Assembly (NCBI RefSeq): GCF_001194135.2
Contig: NC_068982.1
Location: 94,757,024-94,821,023 of the forward strand
Origin: Octopus bimaculoides
Lineage: Eukaryota
Direction: 5' to 3'
Length of the DNA: 64,000 bases
A program made the translations under genes and the position numbers. How positions within the stretch are numbered: the stretch's first letter is position 1; every line of letters begins with the position of its first letter. Below the pieces are notes generated by a model. It saw only the letters and a list, made by a program, of their open reading frames with translations. It was not told the DNA's origin and made no database searches. Shown here piece by piece: positions 27,975 to 40,765 of the stretch.

Positions 27975-28723
27975 AGTGAGAGAGCAGGGCATGCAATCAA
28001 AGTGTCACTGGGGTAAAATATACGAACCCCATTATACCCATCATGACTACCCGTCTGATAAGGGTACACCAGGAACATGCATCACAACCATATGTGCGCG
28101 ACATGGTGATCTCATATCAAGATAAACAGCGCATGACCTCGCAGGTGGGGCCCAGTTAGAATTTTCTTCAGGTCGGGTATCCTATCCTGCTCAAAAGGTC
28201 CCTGAATAAGGTTTGTTTAAGGATGTTGAGCAAAATACCCATTTTTCTAAAGGTGAACTATTCAAACCCCAAATAATTATTCTCAACACATGGCTATGAT
28301 GCTGCCCCACTACTTCTGCTCATGATCAGAGATGCACATATCGTCAGCCACCAAGGGACATGCTCAACTAGTTAAGGTCAAACAACTGACAAGCAAATCT
28401 GTGGTATTAAGCAGAATATTTGCTGTAGCCCATCTTTTATACCAAGACAAAACAATGTACATGATAACACTTCCAATCAATTAAGATCAGAATCCATGAG
28501 AGCCATTGCCTGGTATTGCATCCGGGCATTTGCCTGGTACTGCATCCGGGCATTTTACCTGGTACAGCGTCCGGGCATTTGCCTGGTACTGCATCCGGGC
28601 ATTTTACCTGGTACTGCATCCGAGCATTTGCCTGGTACTGTATCCGGGCATTTGCCTGGTACTGCATCCGGGCATTTGCCTGGTAGTGCATCCGGACATT
28701 TGCCTCGTACTGCATCCGGGCAT
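27975..28723 (-). mobile_element. ~750-bp retroposed interspersed repeat (LINE 3' UTR or SINE-like) with (AAT)n tail
   Basis: A block with higher GC than its flanks, bounded by (ATT)n on both sides. The minus strand ends CTCTCTCACTC-(AAT)n. I recall this as a common octopus repeat but cannot verify it. Confidence 0.6.
28508..28723. repeat. Minisatellite: 9 copies of a 24-25-bp unit GCCTGGTACTGCATCCGGGCATTT
   Basis: Units counted directly. There are no spacers, and units differ by 0-4 substitutions or indels. Confidence 0.95.
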
Positions 28724-28735
28724 ATTATTATTATT

Positions 28736-29582
28736 AAGGCAGTGAGGTGTCAGAATCGTTAGCACGCCGAGCAATATGCTTAGCTACGTTGTGTGCTTTT
28801 TGTCGCTACGTTCTGTGTTCAAATTCCACCGAGGTCGATTTTGCCCTTCTGAGTTGATAAATTAAGTACCACTTAAACACTGGGGTCAATGTAATCACCT
28901 TCCCACAAATTTCAGGCCTTATTCCTATAGTAGAAAGGATTATTTTAAGGCGTCGAGCTGTCAGAATCGTTAGCATACTGAGCTAAATTATTATCGGTAC
29001 TTCATCCAACTTTACGTTTTGAGATCAAATGACTGCGAGGGAGACTTTGCCTTTCGTCGTTTCGGAATCGATTAAATAAGTACTAGTTGAGCACTAGGGT
29101 TGATGTCATCGACTATTCCAAGCTCTCCAAAATTGAAGGCGTTGTGCATCCAGGTCGAGTGTAGGACATTTATCCCCATGTACTATAACACCCCACCCCG
29201 TAAATTACCCCTGAAGAAACAGATGATGATTTAAAACATCTTAATATATTTGAGAGGCGGGAATTAATCAGGGGGGGGGGGTAATTATCCTAGGGGGTAG
29301 TTGTTGTCGAGGGGAATAGTCCTATGGGGATAATTGCCCCAGTAGGGTAATTAATTGTCCTGATACATCCAGTACAAAGTATTATTAAGCTGGCAACCTG
29401 TCAGAATCTTAGGCAATCAGGCAAAATGTTTAGTGACCGTTCTTTTGGCTTTTTGTGTTCTGAGTTTAAATGCCGCCGAAGTCGATTTTGCCTTTTGTCA
29501 TTTCGAGGTCAAGTATTATGATCGATATAAAAGACTAGTTTCCCGTCCGCTAAAATTGTTCGCTCTGTATCAAAATTTGAAA
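28736..29582 (+). mobile_element. Three same-orientation family-A SINE copies (28736-28944, 28947-29150, 29386-29582)
   Basis: Each starts AAGGC../AAGCT..GTCAGAATC and carries the GTTCTG..TTCAAAT B-box region and the GTCGAT/AAGTAC body. Confidence 0.82.
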
Positions 29583-32497
29583 AAAATTAAGTCTGGATAT
29601 TTATTGCAGGAGACGAATAGATTTCACAAAAATGTATTGACTTTATTTTATCTATGAGTAAATTATTACCTTTTCTACGAAATTATTTTAAAAATTAAAT
29701 CATTGTACTATAAATTTCTTACTATAAATCTTATACTATAATAATTATATGCAAAACAAATCCTAATTTATTTTGCCAAGGTATTAGAAGAAAAACTATA
29801 AATTTCTACAAATCAAGTCATAAGGTGACTCGGTGAGAAATTAAACGCCATTCTTCAGTAGAAGTATTCTCTAACAAGGTTATTAGACTTCCCGCCTCAC
29901 ATCTAGAAGTATAAGTAAAATTGATTACAAGCATCCTAGAAGTGGATGTAAACTTGGCCTGGTTCAAAATTTCAACGCAAATATAAATAACGCAATACCA
30001 CTTCTACATCTATCCTACCAATATATCCCTCTTCAAACCCGAAAACTTTAAAATTTTTGCAGCGTCTATTAAAATACATGCAATTTATTTCCCAATATAA
30101 AGTTTGTTTTCCCAAATTTTTTCTGTACTCATAAATACGGTATTTTTAATTTGAAATTGAGTGGTTATCATATGTGTCCCACATGCTGCAAGGTACACAC
30201 AACCTTATTTTCAGCCTTTGGGCAAAACACTGTCCGCATAATAGTAAAGCTGTTCAATAAAAATATTTCTTTATAGTGTTGCTATTAATTCAGAATTATG
30301 TTTATACACTTATTGCTGTATCTTACACTACTCTTGGGAAATGATGTTGTATATTTGAGCTATCATAGTTACTAAGCTGTTGAGAAACATACTGTTCCCA
30401 TAATTTTTTTTTTCTGAAGACGTTTTTAAGAGCAGAATAACAACTTTAAAAAAGTACTGGCTAATTTGCTTAGCTGCTGCTGTTTAGAGTTGTCAACCAT
30501 TCAGAATTTTTTGTACACGCAGCAAAATGAAATTCGCCGTTGATAGTTCTTGAGGCAATAGTGCACACTGAAGATCAAACCTCTAACGGTCTTAGCAGCT
30601 TGATATAGAGTTTATAAATAAAAAATCTCTGAAGTTATGTCCAATCGAGAAAAGCTTCTCTTTTTTATGATGAATGTATGTTCAACACATTTGAATCATT
30701 CGTGCAGCCGATTCTAGGATACCGGTGTTTCAGCAAGTCGTGTTTCATCCACCAGAAGTACTCCTGGGCTTTGAGTCTATCCAAGCAGCTGGCCTTTGTT
30801 ATACTTTCAGTGAACAAATTATCTGCCAATCAATATAAAATAGTTGGTGGTACCATGTACAGCGAAATCTGGAACGAATATTTGCGTATGTATTCTCAAT
30901 CGGCTTTGCAATTTGAAGCGCAAAATATGCTAGTGGCTGAAGTAGACATCAGACTCTTCTGCACCAAGGAGTCGAATGTATTGATCACATTTTCGTAATA
31001 AAAAGAAAAGTTATTCTCCTTTGACAGACATTAGCGGTATTACGAATGCATATGCAAATAAAGCGCCGTTATTTCACTATTGATCTTCTGCTTACTCAGC
31101 TTGGTAGATTAGGCTCAAATAAGGTTTTAGCATGGTATGTTAGCTTTTATCAGTTCTTATTGTAACCAAAACTGATAAAAAGTTGTTTACCAAGAATCAA
31201 TGATTTGTCAGTGGAATTAATTCAGGGGAATTAACAAAAGCACACCGGAATAACTTATGATATTTTTGTCACACTGTATAAATGGATGACATGACAAACA
31301 TTAAACTGATTCGAAACAGAAGCATTAGATAATTAGAATATTAGCTTTCAATTCTAAGTAGTGAGGAAATGATGCATGACGCTTAATTGTTAAATATAGG
31401 CTTTTCTAACTAGATATAGAAGTGATTTTTTTGTTATCGATAGAATATTAAGATGGTAAGCTAGCAGAATCGCTTGCACGTCGGGCAAAATGCTTCGGGG
31501 CATTTCGATGGAGAACTGCTTGCTCAGTGCCAAAAATTTAACTTTACCTTTTATTTTCTGATTTACATCTCGCGCATTCATAGCTTAACTTTAATAATCT
31601 TCATGTCGATAAAATAGGAACTAGGTAAGTGTCGTCTGGAGTACATGGATGAAACTCTTGCTCCAAAATATTTAGTTGTTAACCTAATTAGCAAAATCAT
31701 AAGATACAACACATATCTCATAAATCTAAACTTTTTTCATGTTTTCATGTTACAGCTACAACTGTTTGTATACTTCAGTTACTGTTACCTTCTGTATAAA
31801 CATTGAAACTAACAGCTGGCCATGCGAAGAGGAGTTAAACCGTTGAGAGAACGATTACTCAGTTTTCTCGTGTTACCAGACCTAACCTGCTCTTTGTTAA
31901 TATACTTAACTTATGACTATCTGAATCTAGTCTGTTGCATATAAAAGGTGGTGGGGGTTAATTCTAATCATTTCTACCTCAGAGGTAACTACAGAAGGGT
32001 TAGATTAGACAATTAGGCAAATATCAGGAATCATCTAACATTATTCCACTGTGGAGTAAGCAAGGCAAACAACTCCCAACGTCTCTGATTTATAAGTCCT
32101 CGTCAACGGAAGTATAGCCTTTGCAATGAATAGCATTTGCTGTAAATATATCATGTAGCATTGTTTACGTTTCTAAACATTGTACATTTCATGTTTCAAT
32201 AATTTACAATACTGAATGAAAATTTTCACATCGATCTCACCTGGAAAATGATGATTAACGGCTGACTGTCTTACTCTCGAAACACTAACAACTTGCTCAT
32301 GTGACCTATAGTCTGACTCATGATTCTTACTTACTTACAATGACTTTAATATTCCTCCCGACGTTCCTGTGATTAGTATATTATTCATTCTTTCATAAAT
32401 ACTAATAAATTCCCTTTCTCAATCACCAATTTATTTTGTAATGAGACGACAGATACTTGATCAAATCTACTTCAATATTTGAGAAATCTAGCGCGGC

Positions 32498-32733
32498 AAG
32501 GTGAGGGAATCATTAGCAGGCCGCGCAAAATGCTTAGCTGCATTTCGTCCATCTTTATGCTCTGATTTTAAATGCCACCAATATCATCTTTCATATCATC
32601 TTTCATATCATCTTCACATATCATCTTTCCGGGGTCGATAAAACAAGTACCAGTTATGCATTAGGATCGATGTAACTGACTTTCCCCATCCCCACAAACT
32701 GCTAGCCTTGTGTCAAAATTTGAAACAAATATT
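32498..32733 (+). mobile_element. Family-A SINE with an internal (CATATCATCTTT)x4 expansion
   Basis: GAATCATTAGCAGGCCGCGCAAAATGCTTAGC...CCGGGGTCGATAAAACAAGTACCAGT...CAAAATTTGAAAC. Confidence 0.85.
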
Positions 32734-32784
32734 TCAGAAATCTGCATTGATATCACTTAAATTAATAGAAGGCGGAATGAATAT

Positions 32785-32996
32785 TGATTTGAAATTTTAA
32801 CAGGACAGCAATTTTAGGGGAGGGGCTGGTCAATTACGTCGACCTGGGTGCACGACTGGTACTAATTTTGTCGACCACGAATGGATTAAAAGGCAAAGTC
32901 GATCCCGGCGGAATTTGAAGTCAGAACACGAAGACAGACGAAATAGATGCTAAGGATTTGGACTGGCGTGCTAACGATACTTACAGCTTGCAGCCT
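32785..32996 (-). mobile_element. Family-A SINE, reverse orientation
   Basis: The plus strand reads ACTGGTACT..TTTGTCGACC..AAAGGCAAAGTCGA..CGGCGGAATTTGAA.TCAGAAC..GGCGTGCTAACGAT, the reverse complement of the family. Confidence 0.85.
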
Positions 32997-33283
32997 GAAG
33001 GTGAGGTGAATATTAATTTTCAGTTCTTCTGAGGAAGTGATGCATGACGTTTAATTGATAAATATAGGCTTTGCTAACTAGATATAGAAGTAAATTTTGT
33101 TATTCATAGAATATTAAGGCGGGAAGCTAGCAGAATAGTTTGCACGCCGGGCAAAATGCCTCGGGACATTTCAATGGAGAACTACCGGCTCAGTGCAAAA
33201 AAAATTTGAAGCCATTTATTTTTTTATAGAATATCAGTTATATTTTGCTGGACACAAATTAGAGATTATATGTGAAATTTACG

Positions 33284-33321
<38 letters not shown>

Positions 33322-33411
33322 ATGTTACTCTTACCGGTAATTTTAGCTAATTCTGTAAATACACGCAAGTATATTCCACAAAGATTTACTACAGTGTTGT
33401 ATTGTGTTAAA

Positions 33412-33633
33412 AAGACGGCATGCTGGCAGAATCTTTCACCCACCGGCCAAAATGCTTAGCCGCATTTCGTCCGTCTATATGTTCTGAACTCAAATTCTAC
33501 TGAGGTCACTTTGCCCTTCATCCCTTAGGGGGTCGATAAACTAAGTACCAGTCGATCATTGGAGTCGTTATAATCGACTTTCATCCTACCCCGAAATTGC
33601 TTGCCTTATGACAAAATGTGAGACCATTATTAG
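33412..33633 (+). mobile_element. Family-A SINE
   Basis: GCTGGCAGAATC..GGCCAAAATGCTTAGCCGCATTTCGTCCGTC..GGGGTCGATAAACTAAGTACCAGT. Confidence 0.85.
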
Positions 33634-34459
33634 AATTATTAAAGACTTTGCACATAAATTGTATGAGATAATATGCTTTGATTATATGAAAATTTTATTT
33701 TTGCTGTTGAATTGGAATGGATTTCGTGGTGTAAGTGAAATGAAGTTATTTTCACTGAGAACTGAACGGAGGATGAGATGTAAAGTATTATAGATTATTT
33801 TTATTATTTCTCGTTATATAATAAAGTTATATTTTGCATAGTAACCCTGTCATAAATTCGTATGAGATATGTTGTCATCTAGAGATATCAGACCGGAATG
33901 AACACAAATAATTGGAAAATTTTCACATGGTTAAAATGCGAAAACTTTCACATGGTTACAGCACGTGGTTAAAATGCGAAAACTTTGTTGAATTCTTCTA
34001 AAGAAGTTGCAGGTGTATAGGAATGTATCATAATGAGGGGAAACGAAAGAACAGCAATGTATAAAAGAAAGCTTCACCGTCACAGATATTGAATTCTGGC
34101 CAGGAGAAAATCACAAATGTTTAGTACTGACTCATTGTTAAAATCTGAAAGAGGAAAATTGAAGCTGGACACAAAGAAAGTGAAACCTTGGCTTCAAATG
34201 GCTGTGGATAAATACATGCAGCAACTTTATATATTCAACAAGTGAATCCTGATTATTTTCAAAGCAATTGCAAAAACGTATGGTTTCTTACGACAACACA
34301 ATACCACAATTTGGTAATAATGGTAGATAGATAAATAGATAGTAACCAAAGGAAAGAGTGGTATTAATTACAAAGAAATGACAGGCAAAGTTGATCCGCT
34401 GGGATTTCAATATATTCCATGCGACGTTGATTCAATTCTGCTATCCACTGCTTTCTAAA

Positions 34460-34533
34460 TGTAGCGATGATGGTGGTGATGCGGTATATGTGGTGGTGGC
34501 GGCGGTGATAGTAGTGATGACGACGACGACGAC

Positions 34534-34572
<39 letters not shown>

Positions 34573-34670
34573 AATAATGCTGCTGCTGATGATGATGATG
34601 ATAATAATGATGATGATGATGATGATGATGATGATACGAAATATCTTGTATTGAAATGATGATGATGAAT
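34460..34670. repeat. (GAT)n/(GGT)n/(GAC)n compound trinucleotide repeat
   Basis: Direct reading. It explains the poly-His, poly-Met and poly-Ile pseudo-ORFs. Confidence 0.95.
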
Positions 34671-34899
34671 ACAAAATAACTATCAAACATGATTAAAACT
34701 TAGAACTGTTTTCTGCCTCCAAGGATGCCATGAAATACGAAGCAGGCACTGCAACAATACGTAGCTATGAAGAAAATATAAACAACAACAGAAATCGTGA
34801 AGCAATTAGAATCTAAACTAAAATTAGGACAACGAATACCACGATAACACGATGATAAGACAAGTTCCTATTGGGGGAATACTAAGAAATGCAGAACAA

Positions 34900-35500
34900 A
34901 GAAGATTCCCAACACTAGCTGAGAAGTGCCAGAGTCCAGCAAGAAACTCAAAGGTTCTTTTTGCGGTACAGGAGTAAAACTTACACACAAGAAACCAACA
35001 AAAGCATATAATGAAACTGAATACAATTACTGCTGAATATGCAAAAATGGGGAAAAAACAATTAACCACATTATTTCAGGCTGATCATCTAGCCAAGAGA
35101 GAATACATCAACATGCATCCAAGACTTACAAAACATCTAGAGAGTATGTCAGCACAATGAAATACAAACAAGAAAGAGATGACATAAGCATACACCAGAA
35201 AATGATTGTGGATATTGAAAATAGTCCATACGCTGATATATACCCCCNNNNNNNNNNAAAAAAAAAAAAAACAGACAATGAACACTAACTGACCAGATAT
35301 TGTTATCAAGGACATCCTGGAAGGAATGTCCCCCGACCGATATATCAGTCCTAACAGATAATGTACCTCAAACAGAGATAGAACAATTATTCAAATGTAA
35401 AAATCTGGAAAAGTGATAAACCGAATGTGAGGCTTGAAAGTAGACATATTTAATTATTCTATATATTCGCTACCAGAGCCTATAACAAATTCAACATTTT
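34900..35500 (+). mobile_element. Degraded R4/Dong-clade LINE 3' region
   Basis: Homologous by eye to the 17.5-18.2 kb copy: TGCTGAATATGCAAAAATGGGG..ACAATTAACCACATTATTTCAGG..CTAGCCAAGAGAGAATAC, ACCAGATATTGTTATCAAGGAC and CGAATGTGAGGCTTGAAA. Confidence 0.65.
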
Positions 35501-36243
35501 AAACTCATATATTCACAGTACAAGCTTACACACGAGGTAAAAATGTGTCGTGGTACATATTCTAAAGTACCCTGTAGATTAAGTCCCAATATTTATGAAA
35601 ATACACAACCTCTAGAAAAATAAATAGTCTACCAGCCTGTCTTGATCAAAAATTCTTATAGTCTAATAACTTTTAATTTCATTTTAATTTCTCACGAATA
35701 ATTTGGATAATTATTCTTTTTATAATTATTGTTCTATCGTTACTTTAGTAATATTTTTAACGTCATTTGTGTGTATTTTACATCACCNNNNNNNNNNATA
35801 TATGTGTGTGTGTGTGTGCGTATTTAATATATAAAAAATACAAAAAGGGGACAACAAAACATCCAGACAGACGATATAAAGAAAACAAGGATGGGTCATT
35901 CACTTTCTTTCTTCAGTCGAGTTGCAGATTATCTTTTCAATTTCGGCTGGTTATACTCGAGATTGCTCCAATCTGGCCATCCCCAAGGAAAAATTAAGCT
36001 ACGACCATTAGATTCCCTGGAAGAAAACAGCCAATGTATACGAGAACAAGGACGGAAAAAACAGAGACATGTTACACAAATACAAATGCAAATAACAGGA
36101 CATAACAACAGTTGTCTTTCCACTAAAGACCAATAAAATTAAGCTAGCATGTGTGGAAGTAAAGCCTTACGGCAGAGTATCTATCTGTCTATCTATCTAT
36201 GCATCTATCTATCTATCTATTTATCTCTCTCTCTCTCTCTCTC

Positions 36244-36357
<114 letters not shown>

Positions 36358-36419
36358 TAAATAGATAGATAGATATATTTGAATGTATGTATATATAGAT
36401 ATATAACATAACATTCATT

Positions 36420-36790
36420 TTTGTTCTTTTCCCTTGTTTCATCCATTAGACTCCCACTGTTTTGGAAAACCGCTTTAAAGAATTTTAGTCGAACGAATCA
36501 ATGTCAGTACATTTTTTCTTTAAACGAGGTACTTATTCTATTGATTCCTTTTGGCGTACCGCTTGATTACGTCGACATAAACACACCAAAGCCTGCGTGA
36601 AGCTGTTGGCAAACACAGACACTATTATACACACGTGCACATAAATATATGTACACGACGGACTTCTAGTTTCCTTATACCCAACCCACTAACTCGCCTT
36701 TGGTAGGTTCTGAGCTGTTGTAGAAGAGACTTGCCCAAGTTGCCAAACCATGGGACTGAACCCGGAACCCGGAACCATGTGGTAGGGAAT
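36420..36790 (-). mobile_element. Family-B tRNA-derived SINE, diverged full length
   Basis: GAATTTTAGTCGAACGAATC..GGTACTTATTCTATTG..ACACACCAA..GTAGAAGAGACTTGCCCAAG..GGGACTGAACCCGGAACC..ATGTGGT (reverse complement of head and body). Confidence 0.85.
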
Positions 36791-38429
36791 ATTGTACAAA
36801 TATGTATAGAAATATTTACATTTATGCATGTGTGTATGCGCGCGCTTACATCCTTATCTGTAAAAATAGACATTACTTATTATTGTTACCATTACACATA
36901 TCATCAAGGTTATCTTTATCAGTATCATTTATATCACTTTATCATTTATTATTTTTCATTTTTCATTTACTTTATAAATTGATTTTGTTTCAATAATCAG
37001 TTACAATTACAACTTCAATTCTTGAATTTGGAATCGTCCAGTGATTGTATAAATATCATTATATCTGTTTCATAAACTGCACGCAATCACACACACACAT
37101 GCACACACATACATGTACATGATATACATGCTAGCCTGTAAAGCTATATGATTTCCCCATGGGGCATTGTGATGTATAAGGAAATGGAACTTTCCGATTA
37201 TAGTATGATCTCAGAATTAGGGAAATTCTGCAGACGTGTTGGCTAGACATTGTGACACTCAAGAGCGAACTGATAGAAATATGTTTTCGATTTCTGTAAT
37301 ACGGTTTCACACAATGAGGAGGAGGATATCTATATCTATATTTATATCAATATGTACACACACTCACACACACACATACACACATACACACACAAACAGA
37401 CACACATATATGTATTGCATATATATCTATGTATGTATGACTTTACATGCACTCACACACGTGTGATTATTCAAAATGGATATTTTTGTCGGCGTAAATA
37501 TTAGACCGCAATAAATAAAGTTTATGCCGAAACTTTCATCCAATACTCTTAGTATTGGATATTAGTTTGTCGTTGGTACTGTAACTATTATGGCTGCTGT
37601 TGCTGTTGCTGTTGCTGCTGCGGTACTGCTGCAGCTGCTCTTGGGGTTGCTGGTGGTGATTAGATGTAGAAAGAAGATTTTCAATGATATAGCTTGTAAG
37701 ATAAGCGCAAAATATATTTATTTATATATAAAATAAATATCTTCATAGAATTCTTAAAAGAAGCAACCCAAAGCAAGAACGGCTGCGGAAGAATGAAATG
37801 CGAAACAGACCCTACTAGGTAGAAAAAAATATTATGTTGATGTAGTATTAGAAATATTCTAATATATCTAGCTTGGTGGTGCTGAATTGCTTTGATATTT
37901 CCAATATTGTTTTTAATGTTTATCGTTTATCGTCAACATAAATATATAAATATGTAATAAAAGTGTATAATTGGTCATATCTATCTCAGAAAATTGCTGC
38001 TACTTAATCTAGTAACTAAGAATGCTTCTGTTAGGTTGTTCGTCGTGTTAGGCAATGTTCATCAAACTACACCCTATGGTCATATAAAATGCTGGATACG
38101 TTCGATAATATATACTTAAGCATGCAATGATTGAGTAAATAAAAGGATTAGTGAAGGCCAGAACGCCTTTTAAAATAGATCTGTTCGATCAATAAGAATA
38201 CCGCCACCACTATTACCACCACCAACAACAACTGCTGCTGTGACTCACTAATGGGAGCATAAAGAGTGAAATTAATTACAGTAGGTTATTCTGTACAATT
38301 TTGACGATGGAATTTAGTCCAATAATAAAATTAAGAAGTGTAAAGATTGTAATATTTCTCACGTAGCAACAGGGAGTGAAATCTTGAAGAGTGGTTATTC
38401 GATTATATCGAAACTGCCATTTGTACTTA

Positions 38430-38683
38430 CTACTGCATTATTTTATCGACCGTCCCCGCACCAGCATATACGAGTGGCTGCTGAACAGTTCCTAGCTGTA
38501 AGGGTATTACGAAAATCCTCATTGGAGGCCCAACATTCAGAATTCTTTTACAAGATTTAGAAAAACTGAAAGATTGCTGCAATAGGTGTGGGAATTTGAG
38601 AGGGGTATATGTTGAATACAATGGTAATTAACTTATCGTCCTGTATTTTCTTTTACCCAAAGCCAGGAACGTTTCACCCCTTG
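38430..38683 (+). mobile_element. mariner transposon 3' fragment
   Basis: LEKLKDCCNRCGNLRGVYVE resembles the mariner C-terminus (GIxKLxxRWxKCxxxxGxYVE). It ends in a TIR-like AAAGCCAGGAACGTTTCACCCCTTG-TA. Confidence 0.65.
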
Positions 38684-38899
38684 TATGAATGGAGAAGTTG
38701 ACAGAACTTGAAATCAAAGCATAAACAGCCCTAAGAATGACGCAAGACATTTCCCCACGACGTTGCAATGACTCTGCCTGTTCACAACACTATTGAGTAT
38801 AAAAATATGAAGAGGAACGAAAAGAAACCAACTTACAAAAGACTTGAAATCTAACGGTTTCTCATTTATCTAAACATTATTATCTATCATTGTTTTATA

Positions 38900-39149
38900 A
38901 TATAAGCCGATTAAATCGACTTTACTGCTTCATTGGTACATTATTTCACCAACACTGGAGAAGTCAGAGATAAACTGTTGATTTTGGTAGAATTTCAAAA
39001 CGATAAGAATTGGAACGAATACCACAATATGTTTTGTTCGGTGCTTTAATGATTTCGTTAATCCACAAAACGTCTGCACAAGTTTTATTAACATTGTGAT
39101 AGCAGAACCCCAGAACATTGGAGTAGCCTAATACTTTTGGCCAAGGCTG
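38900..39149 (-). mobile_element. Possible Tc1-like terminal fragment
   Basis: The terminus TA-CAGCCTTGGCCAAAAGTATTAGG resembles Tc1-type TIRs (CAGTGCTGGCCAAAA). The internal boundary is unknown. Confidence 0.35.
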
Positions 39150-39156
39150 TATGTGT

Positions 39157-39209
<53 letters not shown>

Positions 39210-39223
39210 TGTGTGTGTGTGTG

Positions 39224-40299
39224 TACTGTTGTGTCTGGGGTGAGTCATTCTCTTTTAGTGCCTTATAATTTAACACTCACCGGTAAAATTTCCACTTATT
39301 TCTTTATTTTTCTAAAATTTTCATTGCGTCTTGCAACCTTTTAGATAGTCGTTGAGTTTGTCCGTTATTCACACTGCGTTCCTTTTTGCTTGTTTGTGCG
39401 CATGTGTGTGGTTTAGTGTGTGTGTGTGTGTGTGCATATACATGCATGTACGTATGCATGTGTGTATGCATCCATTTTTGTATGCATATGTGTACGTTTA
39501 TATGTATGTATTCTGCATATTCATGCGTTTGCGTGTCCGTCTTTGTGTGTTTTATGTATGTGTGTGCGTGTGTGTTTGTATATGTGTGTGAGTACCTCAG
39601 TCTCCTTGTGTGTGCATGTCTGAGTGTGTGTGTGTATGTGTGTGTGTTTTGCAACTATGTACCGTGTTTGTATGTATGGATGTGTATCTCCATATGTGTG
39701 GACGTGTGTGTCAATATGTGTCTTTGTGCGTGTGTGTGTATATGGTCAGGTGTTTTAGTGTCGACTGAGACTGAAATACATGACCATATACACGCACACT
39801 TTACTTCACACAAGGACACATATAGATACACACGCCCACACATATGGAAATACACATCCATACATACAAACACGGTACATAATGGCAAAACACACACACA
39901 CACACAGATACACACACTCTCAGACAAGGAGACAGAGATACATACACACATATACAAACACATACACATACATACAAACACTCAAACACAGACACGCAAC
40001 ACATGAATATGCAGAATACATGCATACAAATGTACGCATATGCATAAATACATGCACACACATACACACACATGCATGCATACATACATACATACATACA
40101 TGCATGCATATGCACACACACTAGCCAACACACATGCGCACAAACACACAAAAACGAACGCAGTGCGAATAACGGTCAGAGTCAAAACTATTGAAAAGGT
40201 TGCATGACGCAACGAAAACTAAAGAAGGAAATAAGTGGCAGTGTGTGTGTTACATTATAAGGCACTAAAAGAGAATGACTCTCCCCAGATACAACAGTA
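39224..40299. repeat. Large foldback: ~520-bp imperfect inverted arms with a 32-nt spacer
   Basis: TACTGTTGTGTCTGGGGTGAGTCATTCTCTTTTAGTGCCTTATAAT pairs with ATTATAAGGCACTAAAAGAGAATGACTCTCCCCAGATACAACAGTA. Pairing continues inward to ATATGGTCA (39748) / TGACCATAT (39781). Confidence 0.92.
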
Positions 40300-40395
40300 T
40301 ATGCTTGAACACACGAACTCACTTAAAGGATCTTGCAAACTAAATCCAAAAGCGAAATATACATATGTGTGTGTGTGTGTGTGTGTGTGTGTTTT

Positions 40396-40765
40396 AGTTT
40401 TTACTCTTGTCACAGTTATAAGTCTACACCCATATTGGACCACTGTCTTGAATTTTTAGTCCAATGAATCTCCCCAATACTTACTTTTTAAGCCGGCTAC
40501 ATACTCTATCCTTCTCTTTTGCCGAACCGCTAATATACGGGACGTAAACACACCAACACTGGTTGTCAAGCGGTTATGGAGTACACACACACACACACAC
40601 ACAGACACACACACGCACTCAAACATGTGAAAGATTTCTTGCAATTTCCGTCTGCCAAATCCACTCACAGGGCTTTATAGTAGAAGTTCGACTATCGTAG
40701 AAATTACAGTAGAAGACATTTACCTAAGGTTCCACGCAGTGGGACTCAACCCGATGCACGGAAGC
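40396..40765 (-). mobile_element. Family-B SINE, diverged
   Basis: CTCTTTTGCCGAACCGCTAA..GGGACGTAAACACACCAACACTGGTTGTCAAGCGG-(CA)n-..CCAAATCCACTCACA..CCACGCAGTGGGACTCAACCC. Confidence 0.88.

Noticed and set aside
28508-28723. CRISPR-like array
   Set aside because: The repeats are contiguous with no spacers, there are no cas genes, and the context is eukaryotic.
34364-34690. Poly-His/poly-Met protein
   Set aside because: Translation of a (GAT)n microsatellite, with no splice or codon evidence.
39304-40212. Cluster of Cys/Val- and His/Thr-rich ORFs
   Set aside because: Products of degenerate TG/CA repeats in the foldback arms.
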